Part shown: positions 52,733 to 64,000 of the stretch, one piece after another
Numbering within the stretch: position 1 is the first letter of the stretch
Layout of the letters: each line of letters opens with the position of its first letter
NCBI RefSeq assembly: GCF_006345805.1
Contig: NC_042997.1
Span: 103,664,001 to 103,728,000, forward strand
DNA length: 64,000 nucleotides
Origin: Octopus sinensis
Taxonomy: Eukaryota
Reading direction: 5' to 3'
The notes under the pieces: model-generated
What the model saw: only the letters and a program-made list of their open reading frames with translations
What the model was told of the DNA's origin: nothing
Databases searched by the model: none
Position numbers and translations under genes: made by a program

Positions 52733-52769
<37 letters not shown>

Positions 52770-52787
52770 TAATAATAATAATAATAA

Positions 52788-53334
52788 TGCAGTACCAGAC
52801 AGTGGCTCTCATGGCTCCTGATCTTAACTGATTGGAAGTGTTATCATGTACATTGTTTTGTCTTGGTATAAAAGATGGGCTACAGCAAATATTCTGCTCA
52901 ATACCACAGATTTGCTTGTCAGTTGTTTGACCTTAACCAGTTGACCATGTTTCTTAGTGGCTGACGATATGTGCATCTATGATCACAAGCAGAAGTAGTG
53001 GGGGAGCATCATAGCCGTGTGTTGAGAGGGATTCTTAGAGGTTTGGATAATTCACCCTTGGAAACATGGGTGGTTCGTTCAATATCCCTAAACAATCCTT
53101 ATTCAGGGAACTTTTGAGCGGGATGGGTTACTCGACCAGGAGAAAATTCTAACTGGGCCCCACCTGCAAGGTCATGCGCTGATTATCTTGATATGAGATC
53201 ACCATGTCGCGCACATATGGTTGTGATGCATATGCCTAGTGTACTCTTATGAGACGGGTAGTCATGATGGGTATACTGGGCTTTGTATATTTTACTGCAG
53301 TGTCACTTTGATGGCATGCTCTGCTCTCTCACTC
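52788..53334 (+). repeat. Unclassified ~550-bp interspersed repeat, apparently complete, (AAT)n on both sides
   Basis: GCAGTACCAGACAGTGGCTCTC..CTCTCTCACTC; second copy at 40403-40829; no meaningful ORF; orientation unknown. Confidence 0.88.
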
Positions 53335-53632
53335 AATAATAATAATAATAATGATGATGCTGATAATGATGATGATGATGATGATGATCATGACGACGAC
53401 GATGATAATAATAAACACACACACACACACGCGTGCATGCACAGACGGTTAGGAGAAAAGATTTAAGACTATAAATTTAATCAACGCAATACACATAAGA
53501 ACTAAAAGTGAGCTGCACACATAACGGAGAAGCAGCTTTGCCCTTAGGTGAGATCTTGATATCAACTATTACAATTTCTGATACACGAGAAACAAACATG
53601 TTGTTTCCATTCTTGATTTAAAAAGCAAAATA

Positions 53633-54666
53633 TACGAATGGTTACCCAAAAGAAATCGGAATTTCGAAATGTTATTATATTCACTTAGATTTACATGTTT
53701 ACACTTTTATTGCCTTCAAAGTCTTCCCCATTTGAAGCAATGCATCGGTCCAGACAAGACAGTGTGCAAAGGTGCATTGTCGTGATGAAACCACCTCCAC
53801 TTTGCGACCGGTCGGGGTGTTTTCGTCTTGCCGTCTCTTGCAAACGCTTCAGAACTGTTAAATAAAATGGCTGGTTAACAGTTTGACCAAGAGGAACAAA
53901 TACCGTGTAGACAATTCCTTTCGCGTCGATGAAACAAATCAGCATCGTCTTGACACTGGACTTCAGTTGACGCAGTCTTGGGGAAAGTGGTTTCCTTGAA
54001 TGCTTCCATTAACTTGTTTCCTACTTCGTTTCCGGGCCGTAGCCGTAGCACCAGCTTTCGTCACCAGTGAAGACCTTCGAAAAAAGGTTCGGATCAATTT
54101 TCAACTGTTCTTTCAGTTCACGACGCGCATTCAGTCGTGGCGGCTTTTGATCTTCCGTGAGCAAGTGAGGCACAAATTTTGCTGCAACTCTTTTCATTCG
54201 CAATTCTTCGCTCAAAATTCGTTGGGAGGAGCTCTAAGACATACCAGTCATATCAACAAGTTCGTGAATTGTGCAGCGACGATTCTCCAAGATCAGGACA
54301 TGAACTTTCGGGATGTTTTCATTTGTTCGGGAGGTGGACAGTCGCCCTGAACGAGGTAGGTCGTTAAGCGACAAGTGATCATTCCTAAAGTATGAAAACC
54401 ACTCATAAACTTATGTTTTGCTCATGGCAGTGTCCTTGTAAACTGTTCGAAGCATGACAACTCCTTCGGTCTCCTGTTTTCCTAGCATGAAACAGAATTT
54501 GCTCCTTCGTTTCAGCCATCGCAAAAGTCAACGAACACAAGACGACGCCGGTCGGCAGACTGATGCCAGAGAGTCGCACCAAGTCGTTGCTAGCTGCGTG
54601 AACCTGAACTACAGCGGGCTTGTCTCACAGAGAACGTTTCCGGTTACTTTTGAGTATCCCCTAGTA
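53633..54666 (-). mobile_element. Mariner (DD34D-type) transposon, internally deleted and frameshifted
   Basis: AAKFVPHLLTEDQK, FTGDESWCYGY, MLICFIDAKGIV, HHDNAP, RCIASNGEDFEG; TIRs TACGAATGGTTACCCAAAAGAAATCGGAA / rc TACTAGGGGATACTCAAAAGTAACCGGAA. Confidence 0.9.
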
Positions 54667-54754
54667 AAGGTATAATAGAATACAAACACTAAACTAACAA
54701 TCCTTTTACAGCAAAACTAGGAGTTATGTAACAATGGAATACGCAAGAATCTTT

Positions 54755-55130
54755 TACCTTCTTTATTTTTGACTTGTTTCAGTCATTAGAGTACGGCTGG
54801 GGCCACAGTCTTGAAGAATTTTTCAGTCAAATATATCGTCCTAGTACCTATTTTTTAAAAGCTAGTACTTATTCTATCGCTTGAGTTTGCTGAACCGCTA
54901 GATACGGGGACGTAAACACACCAGTACAGCTATCAAGCGGTGCTAGTAGGGGAGAAACAGAGACTCAAAGACACATACACTTATACACATACATACACAC
55001 AGGCATACGACGGGCCTCTAGTTGTCCCTGCCAAATACACTCAAAAGGCTTTGGTCGAAGACACTTGCCCAAGGCTATGGTAGAAAATACTTGCCCAACG
55101 CTATGGTAGAAGACACTAGCCCAAGGCTCG
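54755..55130 (-). mobile_element. Family B SINE with an internal ~26-bp triple tandem
   Basis: GACTTGTTTCAGTCATT..GCTGAACCGCTA..ACGACGGGC..GAAGACACTTGCCCAAGG (x3). Confidence 0.75.
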
Positions 55131-55614
55131 AAACACACACACATACACATACACATTCCACCTCGTTTACATATATTTACATATATCTGTAGGAGGAGAA
55201 GCCATAAAATAGGGAGTGAAAATGCAGAGTAAAACAAAAGTAGGATGTAAAGCAAAAAAAAAAGAAAAAGAAAAAACAATCTAAAAGAAAAATAGAAAGG
55301 ATTCCCGTCCTTAGTCTTTGCTAGATATCAATGAGATCACTTCTTTAGCCATTTGTCAGAGATCGAAGAGATCAAGAACTGACCATATCTTCACTTTTCC
55401 CTGCAGCATCAGTAGCATAAATCACAATGGAAGATGTAGAAAAGAGGGTAAACTGAAAAAATATTGGAGACTGTCACACAGAGAGCGTTTTCGGTTAGTT
55501 TTGAGTATTCCCTAGTAAAGGTAGAATACAATACAAGCACTACACTAACAACCATTTTATGGCAAAACTAGGAGTTATGTAACAATGGAATACGCAAGAT
55601 AAAAACAAAAACGG

Positions 55615-56075
55615 AATAGGAACGAAGTGGGAAGAGAATGAGGATACCGTAAAAATGTACTGGAATAAGTACACATATAACTCTTCCCCCTGGAGTGTAG
55701 GCGGGAGAGATATGCCGTGATATACATGGAAAATCCTGGAGAGCCTTGTCCCGGATTTTGGCATTGAAAGTTACCCCAGCAGCAGAACGGGGTGCCACTG
55801 CATGGTGCCAAAGATCTCAACATCAACATCACAATACAGGACCAGATACTGCAACAGCTTGGGTTTCAGGGGACCACAGCTCTTCAATATCTTTTCTAAA
55901 TGCCTGAGAGACCTGTATGGTGTGGATGTGGGTTTCTTTAAAACTAAACTGGATCTCTTCTTGTCAGGGGTTCCAGATGAACCTACCTCTCGGCAGGAAA
56001 CACAGATGCGGGCAGCGGCGTCGAACTCCCTTGTTGACCAAGTGCCACGTATCAGAGGTGGTTTCATATACTATT
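55615..56075 (+). mobile_element. CR1/L2-group LINE 3' fragment
   Basis: SPLECRRERYAVIYTWKILESLVP..NSLGFRGPQLFN..FFKTKLDLFLSGVPDEP..AASNSLVDQ. Confidence 0.8.
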
Positions 56076-56769
56076 GTAGCACATTCAAACATTCATCGGT
56101 GGTGCGACAGCATGGCCGCAGCTTTCGGGCTGAAATATTTTAAAAGATTTTAAGGATTTATAAAGAAAACACTAAAGGAGCCAACACAAAGACGAAATTC
56201 CCTTCATCTGTTTTCGTTGGTTATCAAAGTAATTTCGGCATCTGTCGATATTTTCTTTACAACCAATAATGTCAGTGCCGTGAACTTCTACGGAATGATA
56301 GTCTTTAGACGCATACGCACGTACATACATATGTATACATACAAACACACATACATGCACAAATACTAAAGAGATTTGTTGTTTGAGGCAGGAACAATGC
56401 GCGAAGGTACGAAGTAACTTGTAAAAGGAACACTTAATACATATACATACATATTATACACCAATGTACACACACACATATATACACACGCACACACATT
56501 AATATACACCTACACATATATGTCTATTTACATGTCCATATCTATCTAGTTTTCTCTATACACGTATCACACACACACACACACACATGCATATGTATAT
56601 ATGATGACCATACATAGAAGCACATGCGCATACATACATGACGGACACATACTCACGAAGGATATGACATTGAAATTATGACAAAAGGTAACTAACGGTG
56701 AAATAAACACGGAAACTATATTACAAACAAATATACATTCACGTCGAGCAAATGTACGAGTGTGCGTAA

Positions 56770-57150
<381 letters not shown>

Positions 57151-58519
57151 TATATAAATATCTATGTATTTGTGCGCGTGCAATCTTCGTGTGTGTTTAT
57201 GTGTGTATGTGTGGGTTTGTGTGTGTGGATGCTTAATGCATTAAATTACTCTGGAATGTTTATTAGTTTCGTTCTTCCTATTTCTATGTCCAATCATCGT
57301 TTCTATTTCTTCCTCGCTCATTCCACGCAATATTTATTTCATCTCACTAATACCTTCATTTCGCAAATGTCCGTGCGTGTAAGATTCAGTTTCTTCTTTC
57401 TCGTTTCTCGTTCTCTGCCATCCGCGCCTCCGCCCCAAGCACCCACCACCACCACTACTGCTACTACCATCTCATGCCCATCACCGCTTTCTCGCTAGCA
57501 ACCTCGCCATCCTCTCTGTCTTGACCTGAGCTATTCATATCAACGTCTCAATAGCCGTCCGGACAGATTGGAAACAGGCATATAGAACAATTATAAATAT
57601 GACAATATATAATGATAAATATGTCATCATTTCACTTGTGTTGAATATTTATCGAAACTTACATTGAACACGATTTGGTTTTGTGGTATTTCTTTGTGTT
57701 AGCGTTGACGTTGATGTTGGTGTTGGCACTGGCGTTGGTGCTGGTGTTGGCGGTGGTAGTGTTAATCATGATTCTTATAGTTGTGGTAAAGGTGTTGGTA
57801 TTTTTGTTGTTCGTGCTGGTGTTTAGCCACTGGTCAACCTTAATCAAGAAGACCGATAATTCGTAAGCTTTCCAACGTTTCTTCATGGCTACGTAAGACA
57901 ATAACTAATGTGATTTCCCCTATGAGGGAGATTTGACTGCTATTTCTATCAGGGTGTCTGACCACTTAGAGGCTTCTTGGAGTTTATGTGGTGGAGACGG
58001 TACCGTTTGATATTGTGAGTCTTGTATTGAGGTAGTGCTGGCGTTGGTACGATTGATATTGTTGTTGCATCGATAACATTATCTCTGCACAACTGAGAAG
58101 GCAAAGTCAATACTTGAAACTTACTATTGCTGCTGTTGTCGAATCCCATATCAGTCATGATTTAAAGACACTACAACAGTGACCTCCCTGTTATTTTGCC
58201 AGTCATAATGTATCTATTACTACATAATGCAATGTGTTTGTATGTACTTTTTAAAAGAAAGTATGAGTAAGGCTTGAAGATATTTAATAATTGTTTATAC
58301 CAGCTAATGGTAGTGCCACTACGTATATAATTAGAAACAGCAGTTACGTCTCTTTCAAATCCTTTTTAAAATGATGCAATATGGATGAAACAAAAGAAGA
58401 ATCATGATTTGTGGAGACATGACTGTTATCTCTAGCGGTATACATACCAGCACGCTGAAAGGTTTGTATCTAGAATTATTAAAACAATTCATGGCTATTC
58501 ATGATATAGGCTTGAAAAT

Positions 58520-58640
58520 TTTGCACAAGGCCAGCAAGCTCGGGGAAAGGGGGCTAGTCGATTACATCGAATCCAGTGTTCAACTTTATCGACCCCTAAA
58601 GGATAAAAGGCAAACTCGACCCCGGTGGCATGCGCGTTCA
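58520..58640 (-). mobile_element. Family A-related SINE fragment
   Basis: GTCGATTACATCGAATCCAGTG..TTTATCGACCCC..GGATAAAAGGCAAACTCGAC. Confidence 0.7.
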
Positions 58641-59204
58641 TTTTATTTGGTAACACTTTAAGTGATGTATGGGTTTGGTTGATCGCCACTTTTGCTGATA
58701 AAAGCATTTTTTCAGAAAAAAATATTTTAGTTGGGGTAAGATATTTTAGTTTAATATTCTAGTGCCGATAAGATATTAACATACTGCTCATCATTCCTGG
58801 TACCAGTGACAGCTTTTGCAAAACTAAAGCCTTTTTCTGAAATGAGTGTGTCTCGTTGTGAAATTATTTTATCATCACCATCTAGCGGACATAGCCAACA
58901 GGTATCGATGACATTCGGCTTTAGTACGATGTGGTGGTTAATAGCCTGGTTAGGCATTCCCAACAGACTTGTTTAGCCAATTCTCGCCTCCTTCAATGTG
59001 CCCAATGCATCAAATCATTAAAACCCCAATCATTACTCCCCCATAACATTGGCCCGCAGGAATGAATACTTGCCATCTGTACCTTTCATGTATGTGTTGT
59101 CTTGTTGCAGTTTAAATCGAGAATCATCGATATCAGGCTCAACGGTTTCAGAAGCTGCCGCAAACATCATGAACCTTGTTCCTTCCTCCACACTCAGAAA
59201 GTTA

Positions 59205-59262
59205 TTAATACATACAAATACATACATATATACATACATACATACATACATACATACATACA

Positions 59263-59296
<34 letters not shown>

Positions 59297-59595
59297 GCTA
59301 GATAGATATATGCAATATGTATATATATAAACGTACATATATATATATGCATAAATAAATACATACCTGCATATATATATGTTGATATATATACATGCAT
59401 ACATATATATATATATATACATGCATACATACATACATACATACATACATACATACATACATACATACATACATACATACAGAGTGCTTGCTTAAAAAAA
59501 AGAGAGTTCGTGTATATGTGTTTGTGTGTGTATCTGTGTGTGAATGTGTCTGTGTGTATGCGTTTGTGTGTGTGTGTATGTGTATATTTGTGTGC

Positions 59596-59652
<57 letters not shown>

Positions 59653-59693
59653 AGGAGTGAGAAAGAGAGAGAGAGAGGGAGAAGGAGTGAGAA

Positions 59694-59728
<35 letters not shown>

Positions 59729-59740
59729 GAGACAGAGACA
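59205..59740. repeat. (TACA)n, (TG)n, (GA)n and (GACA)n compound microsatellite
   Basis: Directly visible. Confidence 0.95.
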
Positions 59741-59860
59741 GAATGAAGTTTGGTAAAAGGAAAAGTGGAACAAATCGCAGTTATTCTGCTCGGCTCTTTT
59801 CGAACACGTCTCGTCTCTTTCTGTTTCACTTCTCACCGTTTCATCCAGAACATTACATAC

Positions 59861-59936
59861 GATTTGCCAGCTGTTCGTCAGGAAAAGCGCTGGATTTGGA
59901 TCTCTTTGCACTAACTGTCGTCCGAATGCTTTTAGC
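59861..59936 (-). CDS. Candidate 76-nt internal exon, product unknown
   Basis: AAG acceptor and GTATGT donor; AKSIRTTVSAKRSKSSAFPDEQLAN open; a strong plus-strand acceptor at 59848 gives a competing reading. Confidence 0.2.
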
Positions 59937-60609
59937 CTTGCAGGCATGAACAGTAAAGTTTATCAGATTGTCATGTTGACACAGGTCACCTCTCCAAGTT
60001 AATGCCTTTTAGAAATGGGCTATTTCTATTCAACTCAGCGACTGCAGTTCCTGTATTTAAAGGCTAGATTTAGTGACATTTAATATATTAATTTTATTTG
60101 CCTGTTATTTTAGTTTTATTGATAAAGAAAATAAAATAAAATTATACTATACTTTTATTTTAGATCTTTCAATTCTCGTAAATCTTCTGTCCAGATACCA
60201 GAACTCATTGTTATGCTTTTAGTTGATTGGAATTTATTATATTTATTTATTTTTATTTTACTCTTTTTTTTTTACTATTATCTTTATTTCCTTATCTTAT
60301 TTTTTCGTAAACATACGAATACATATACAAACACATGTGTGCGTACACACACACACACACACACACACACGTACGCACGTTATATTTCTTTGCTTAATCT
60401 AAACAGTAATAATTTCTTTATTCTTGCAAGTGATTTACGACTGAAAATAGAAAAAATATTTTAAATAAAAGCTAGCGAGTATATATATATATATTGAGCC
60501 AACACACGCGCACACATGCATATGAGTAGATGTAGCACACACACACTCACACATACGCGCACATATACGAATATAAAGAAAAAGCGTATTTGATTGGATG
60601 GATTCATGA

Positions 60610-60754
60610 TCATATGTATGCATTTATGTATGTATATATATATATTATATATATTATATATATATACACATACATATATATACGCATACATATACAGGTA
60701 TGTATATATATATATATATCTCCATATATATATATATACTTATATATATATATA

Positions 60755-60816
<62 letters not shown>

Positions 60817-60826
60817 CATGTATATA

Positions 60827-60898
<72 letters not shown>

Positions 60899-60900
60899 AT
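60610..60900. repeat. (TA)n-rich microsatellite
   Basis: Directly visible. Confidence 0.95.
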
Positions 60901-62504
60901 TTATGTGCATATACGCACTCCTATGTATGATCGGAGATTACGAAATTTGATACATGTATTTTGTTTATAAAACTCAGAATTTGGTAATAAACTATCGACA
61001 ACGATTCTTAATTTTTAACTAAATTTAGCTTTACTAATAATGGATTATTAAGAAAAAATATATTTTAGCGTTTCTAGTCTTAACAATTTTTTTTGTACGA
61101 AATTTTCGACATTTTTACATACCGTATTGTTACTTATCATAGTGATAATTTCCAAATGGTTTCTTAGATCTTTCTGTAGTGCGTTATTTGGCATGCACTG
61201 ATTCTGGTATGTGAAAAAATGGATCGAGGTTTTATCTATCTATCACCCATAATATTACATATGATAGCGGATTCCTGAAGCTTAATGGCACGTATTCACA
61301 ATGAAAATAATTTAATCACCTCACTCCACCCTTTTCTCTGCTCCTGTTGAATCTACTGTAGTTGTATCATAAATATTATACTTAAATTATTATTTCTTTA
61401 TTCCCATAACAGGAAAATATTGCAGTTTAGTATTATTTTTTATATACTTTTTATCTTTTACTCATGTCAGTGATTGGACTGTAGCCATTCCTGGGGTATT
61501 CCATATTGTAAAGTGTTTTGTTGAATAAATCAATCCTAGTACTTATTATTTTGCCTTTAATTTTGTTATTTATTCTACTGGTTCCTTTGCCGAACCTCAA
61601 ATTACCGTAAACGAGGCAACACCGATTGTCAAGTGATTAGTGATGGTGGTGGGAAAATACTCATAGACACATACATATAGAGCGCGCGGTATCACTTAAC
61701 CGTGTTGTTATCTAACAACAGTTTTTAATACCCAGTACGAAGCCGATTGGTAAGCTCGGCCGTATTGGTTATATGATATTGTATATTTTGATTCGTCTTC
61801 TTTGTAGTGTATGTGATAGTAATGATTATTCGTTAAAAATTCTGATGCTTGCCGTCATGTTTTCCTTGGAGAAAAGTATAAAAAACAGGAAGCCCATTGT
61901 AGACCAAAAAGCACGACCTACATCGATTTTTTTCTATGGATAGTTAATTCCGTAGTAATTTTATAAAGCTGCTGTTGACTGTTGAAAAACTGCATAAATT
62001 TTGTGCATAGAAATATTGAGGTGGCCTATTTCATGAAATCCCTTAATAGCATGATCTCAAATAAGTTTCAACCAATAACTCAAATAACGTTGAATTATAA
62101 CGTCCAGAATATCCCGAATTAATTTAAAATATATTGAAGATTTTCGTACAAGACTTTTGTCTTGCTCCTTCAGAATGAAATGAAATCCAATTTTTCTTTA
62201 AATACTCCCGCGTCAAATTTTGCATCATTTAAGGGGGGTCGTAACGCATAAATATTTTCTGTTATTCTTGGTTCTAATTCTTCAAACTTTTTGGGGAACA
62301 ATCATCTAATTCATATTTTAGAAAAAATTACAAGTTAAGCTTCATCAGCGATAATATATATAATTTTACAATATTTTGATAATTTCTTGTTAATTGAATT
62401 AACTACTCTATAACAAAAAGTTATAGAGAAAATCACAATACCAAATCCCTTCTTAAATAGATTTCATTACTTACAATTTACTGTAGGTACATTAACTGAC
62501 AGAA

Positions 62505-62650
62505 TCATTACCGCACTGGACAAACTACTTAGCCGGGCTTGACTTACCTTTAATCTTCCGGGATCGATAAAATAAGTTCCAGTTGAGTCAATACAATCGA
62601 TTGCTCCCTCCCTCAAAATTGCTGGTCTTGTACTATAATTTGAAAGAATT
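62505..62650 (+). mobile_element. Family A-related SINE fragment
   Basis: GACTTACCTTTAATCTTCCGGGATCGATAAAATAAGTTCCAGTTGAG..AAAATTGCTGGTCTTGT. Confidence 0.6.
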
Positions 62651-63773
62651 ATTAATTTACTCTCCCTGTCTGATATTGGCTGATGCTGTTCAGCAAAGCT
62701 GAAAATCTATACTAAAAATTGGAATGGACATCTCAATTAATGTTTCATTAGTTATGAAAATTTGTGAGCTGTTGATTATATCGTATATCATGGCTCCTTA
62801 TTTAAATTAATTGTAAAGATGACCTTCGGAGGATGTGAACTAAAGAAAGGTTATAAATTGAAAGATACATTTTACAAGGAATTATATGCGTTTTATCCGG
62901 CTGCCTACCGATTCAATCATTAACCTCAATCTACTCGTCTAATATCAATATGTTTGCTTTTTTAACATAGACACACGTTTTAGTGCATAATCGATAGAGT
63001 TGATTAAATTAACTTTAATGATCCCTTCGTAATTATTTTAATGACCCAAAGAAATGGCAAGTCTACCTCCAAGGGATTTGAAATTTAAACACTGCAATTG
63101 ATTTTATCTATCGCTTTTACTGATTCCCGGAATTTAGTAATCTACTACCATGAAAAAGAATGTGTGACCACTCTACATGATTCATGATCGGTGAGACAAA
63201 CGATTCCACTTAGCAATAATAATATTTATTTCTTTTTTATATATAGGCAACAGACCAGGAGAAAACATCCGACTATTTCAAACCTAGAACTTAACTCTTA
63301 CTTCTTTCATCGGCAGCCACACCACTCACATGGATGAAAAACAAAAATGTCCCTGGCGTGATCTGAACTCAGACCTTAAAGACATGTAATGGCATACAAC
63401 AAGGCAGTAAAGCATTTTAAACACTTGATTTTTCTCTTGTGACATCGCACATCCTCTACAATAATTATGATAATTGCTTCAAAGTTTGACACAAGGTCAA
63501 GTTTAAAGTAGGTGAATAGTCGTTTCTATCGACACTGAAGTTCACTGGTAGAAAATTTTATTGAAGCAATGAAAGGCGTAGTTAACTGTCTCGTGATTTG
63601 AATTCAAAATGCATAAAGCTGGAACAGATATTGTTAGGTATCTTTTCCTATGCTCTAACAATTAATTAATAATAGATAATGATGATTTCTTTATTGGCTA
63701 TAAGATTCCGTGCTTACATAGAGAACGTTATACATAATCATGATAAATAAATAAATTAATTAAATATTCTTAC

Positions 63774-63843
63774 CCAACCATCTGTATAAGCGGCCTTGTT
63801 TAGTCTGTTCGACGGACACCAACTTTCAACAGTCACCCCGTAC
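63774..63843 (-). CDS. Candidate 70-nt internal exon, product unknown
   Basis: Pyrimidine-rich ..TGTATCTGAAG acceptor, GTAAGA donor, only one frame open (YGVTVESWCPSNRLNKAAYTDGW); a plus-strand 117-nt alternative exists at 63791-63907. Confidence 0.2.
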
Positions 63844-64000
63844 CTTCAGATACAACAATCCAAAACAAGGACGGTCAGTGCAGCCGATGTTCGAGAAAGT
63901 AACACAGGTAATATGTGTACTGCATGACCTGTGATCTGGTTGACATGGGTCACAGTGGGTGGGCAGTTCGGAGGGGTGCAATTTATGATTGATCGCGTTA

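Noticed and set aside
52950-52990. CTGACGA within the 550-bp repeat
   Set aside because: No stem II or GAAA follows, so it is not a hammerhead.
43386-55125. Short tandem arrays (17-mer x3 at 43386; ~26-mer x3 at about 55050-55125) as possible CRISPR-like arrays
   Set aside because: No unique spacers; simple slippage duplications inside eukaryotic retroelements.
57659-58158. Thr/Asn-rich minus-strand ORFs and Val/Leu-rich plus-strand ORF
   Set aside because: Degenerate (GTT/GGT)n low-complexity DNA without domain features.

Overview
AT-rich animal genomic DNA, intronic or intergenic. It is saturated with (TA)n, (TATG)n, (TATC)n and (AAT)n microsatellites and with tRNA-derived SINEs whose style points to an octopod cephalopod (inference from repeat content, not a database result). 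No intact cellular gene can be supported, and nearly all listed ORFs are microsatellite translations or transposon remnants. Recognisable content: many SINE copies of about three families; three decayed RTE-clade LINE fragments; a CR1/L2-group 3' fragment; a Tc1 5' half; an internally deleted mariner and a mariner-type MITE; a non-autonomous Helitron; and a 13-kb nest (about 40.1-53.4 kb) of R4/Dong-like REL retrotransposons and Tx1/L1-like elements, each set in (AAT)n tracts. Two things stand out. First, at least five short ORF-less elements carry type I hammerhead-ribozyme-like motifs of the Penelope-like/retrozyme kind, most arranged as inverted pairs (6.1-6.8, 12.8-13.2, 31.7-32.2 kb), one nearly intact at 13145-13192. 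Second, two unrelated retrotransposon clades plus an orphan ~550-bp element occupy the same AAT microsatellite with clade-specific polarity. There is also a ~98% identical 138-bp inverted repeat starting at the Helitron 5' end, and a few weak candidate exons near the right end. Coordinates of decayed elements are approximate.
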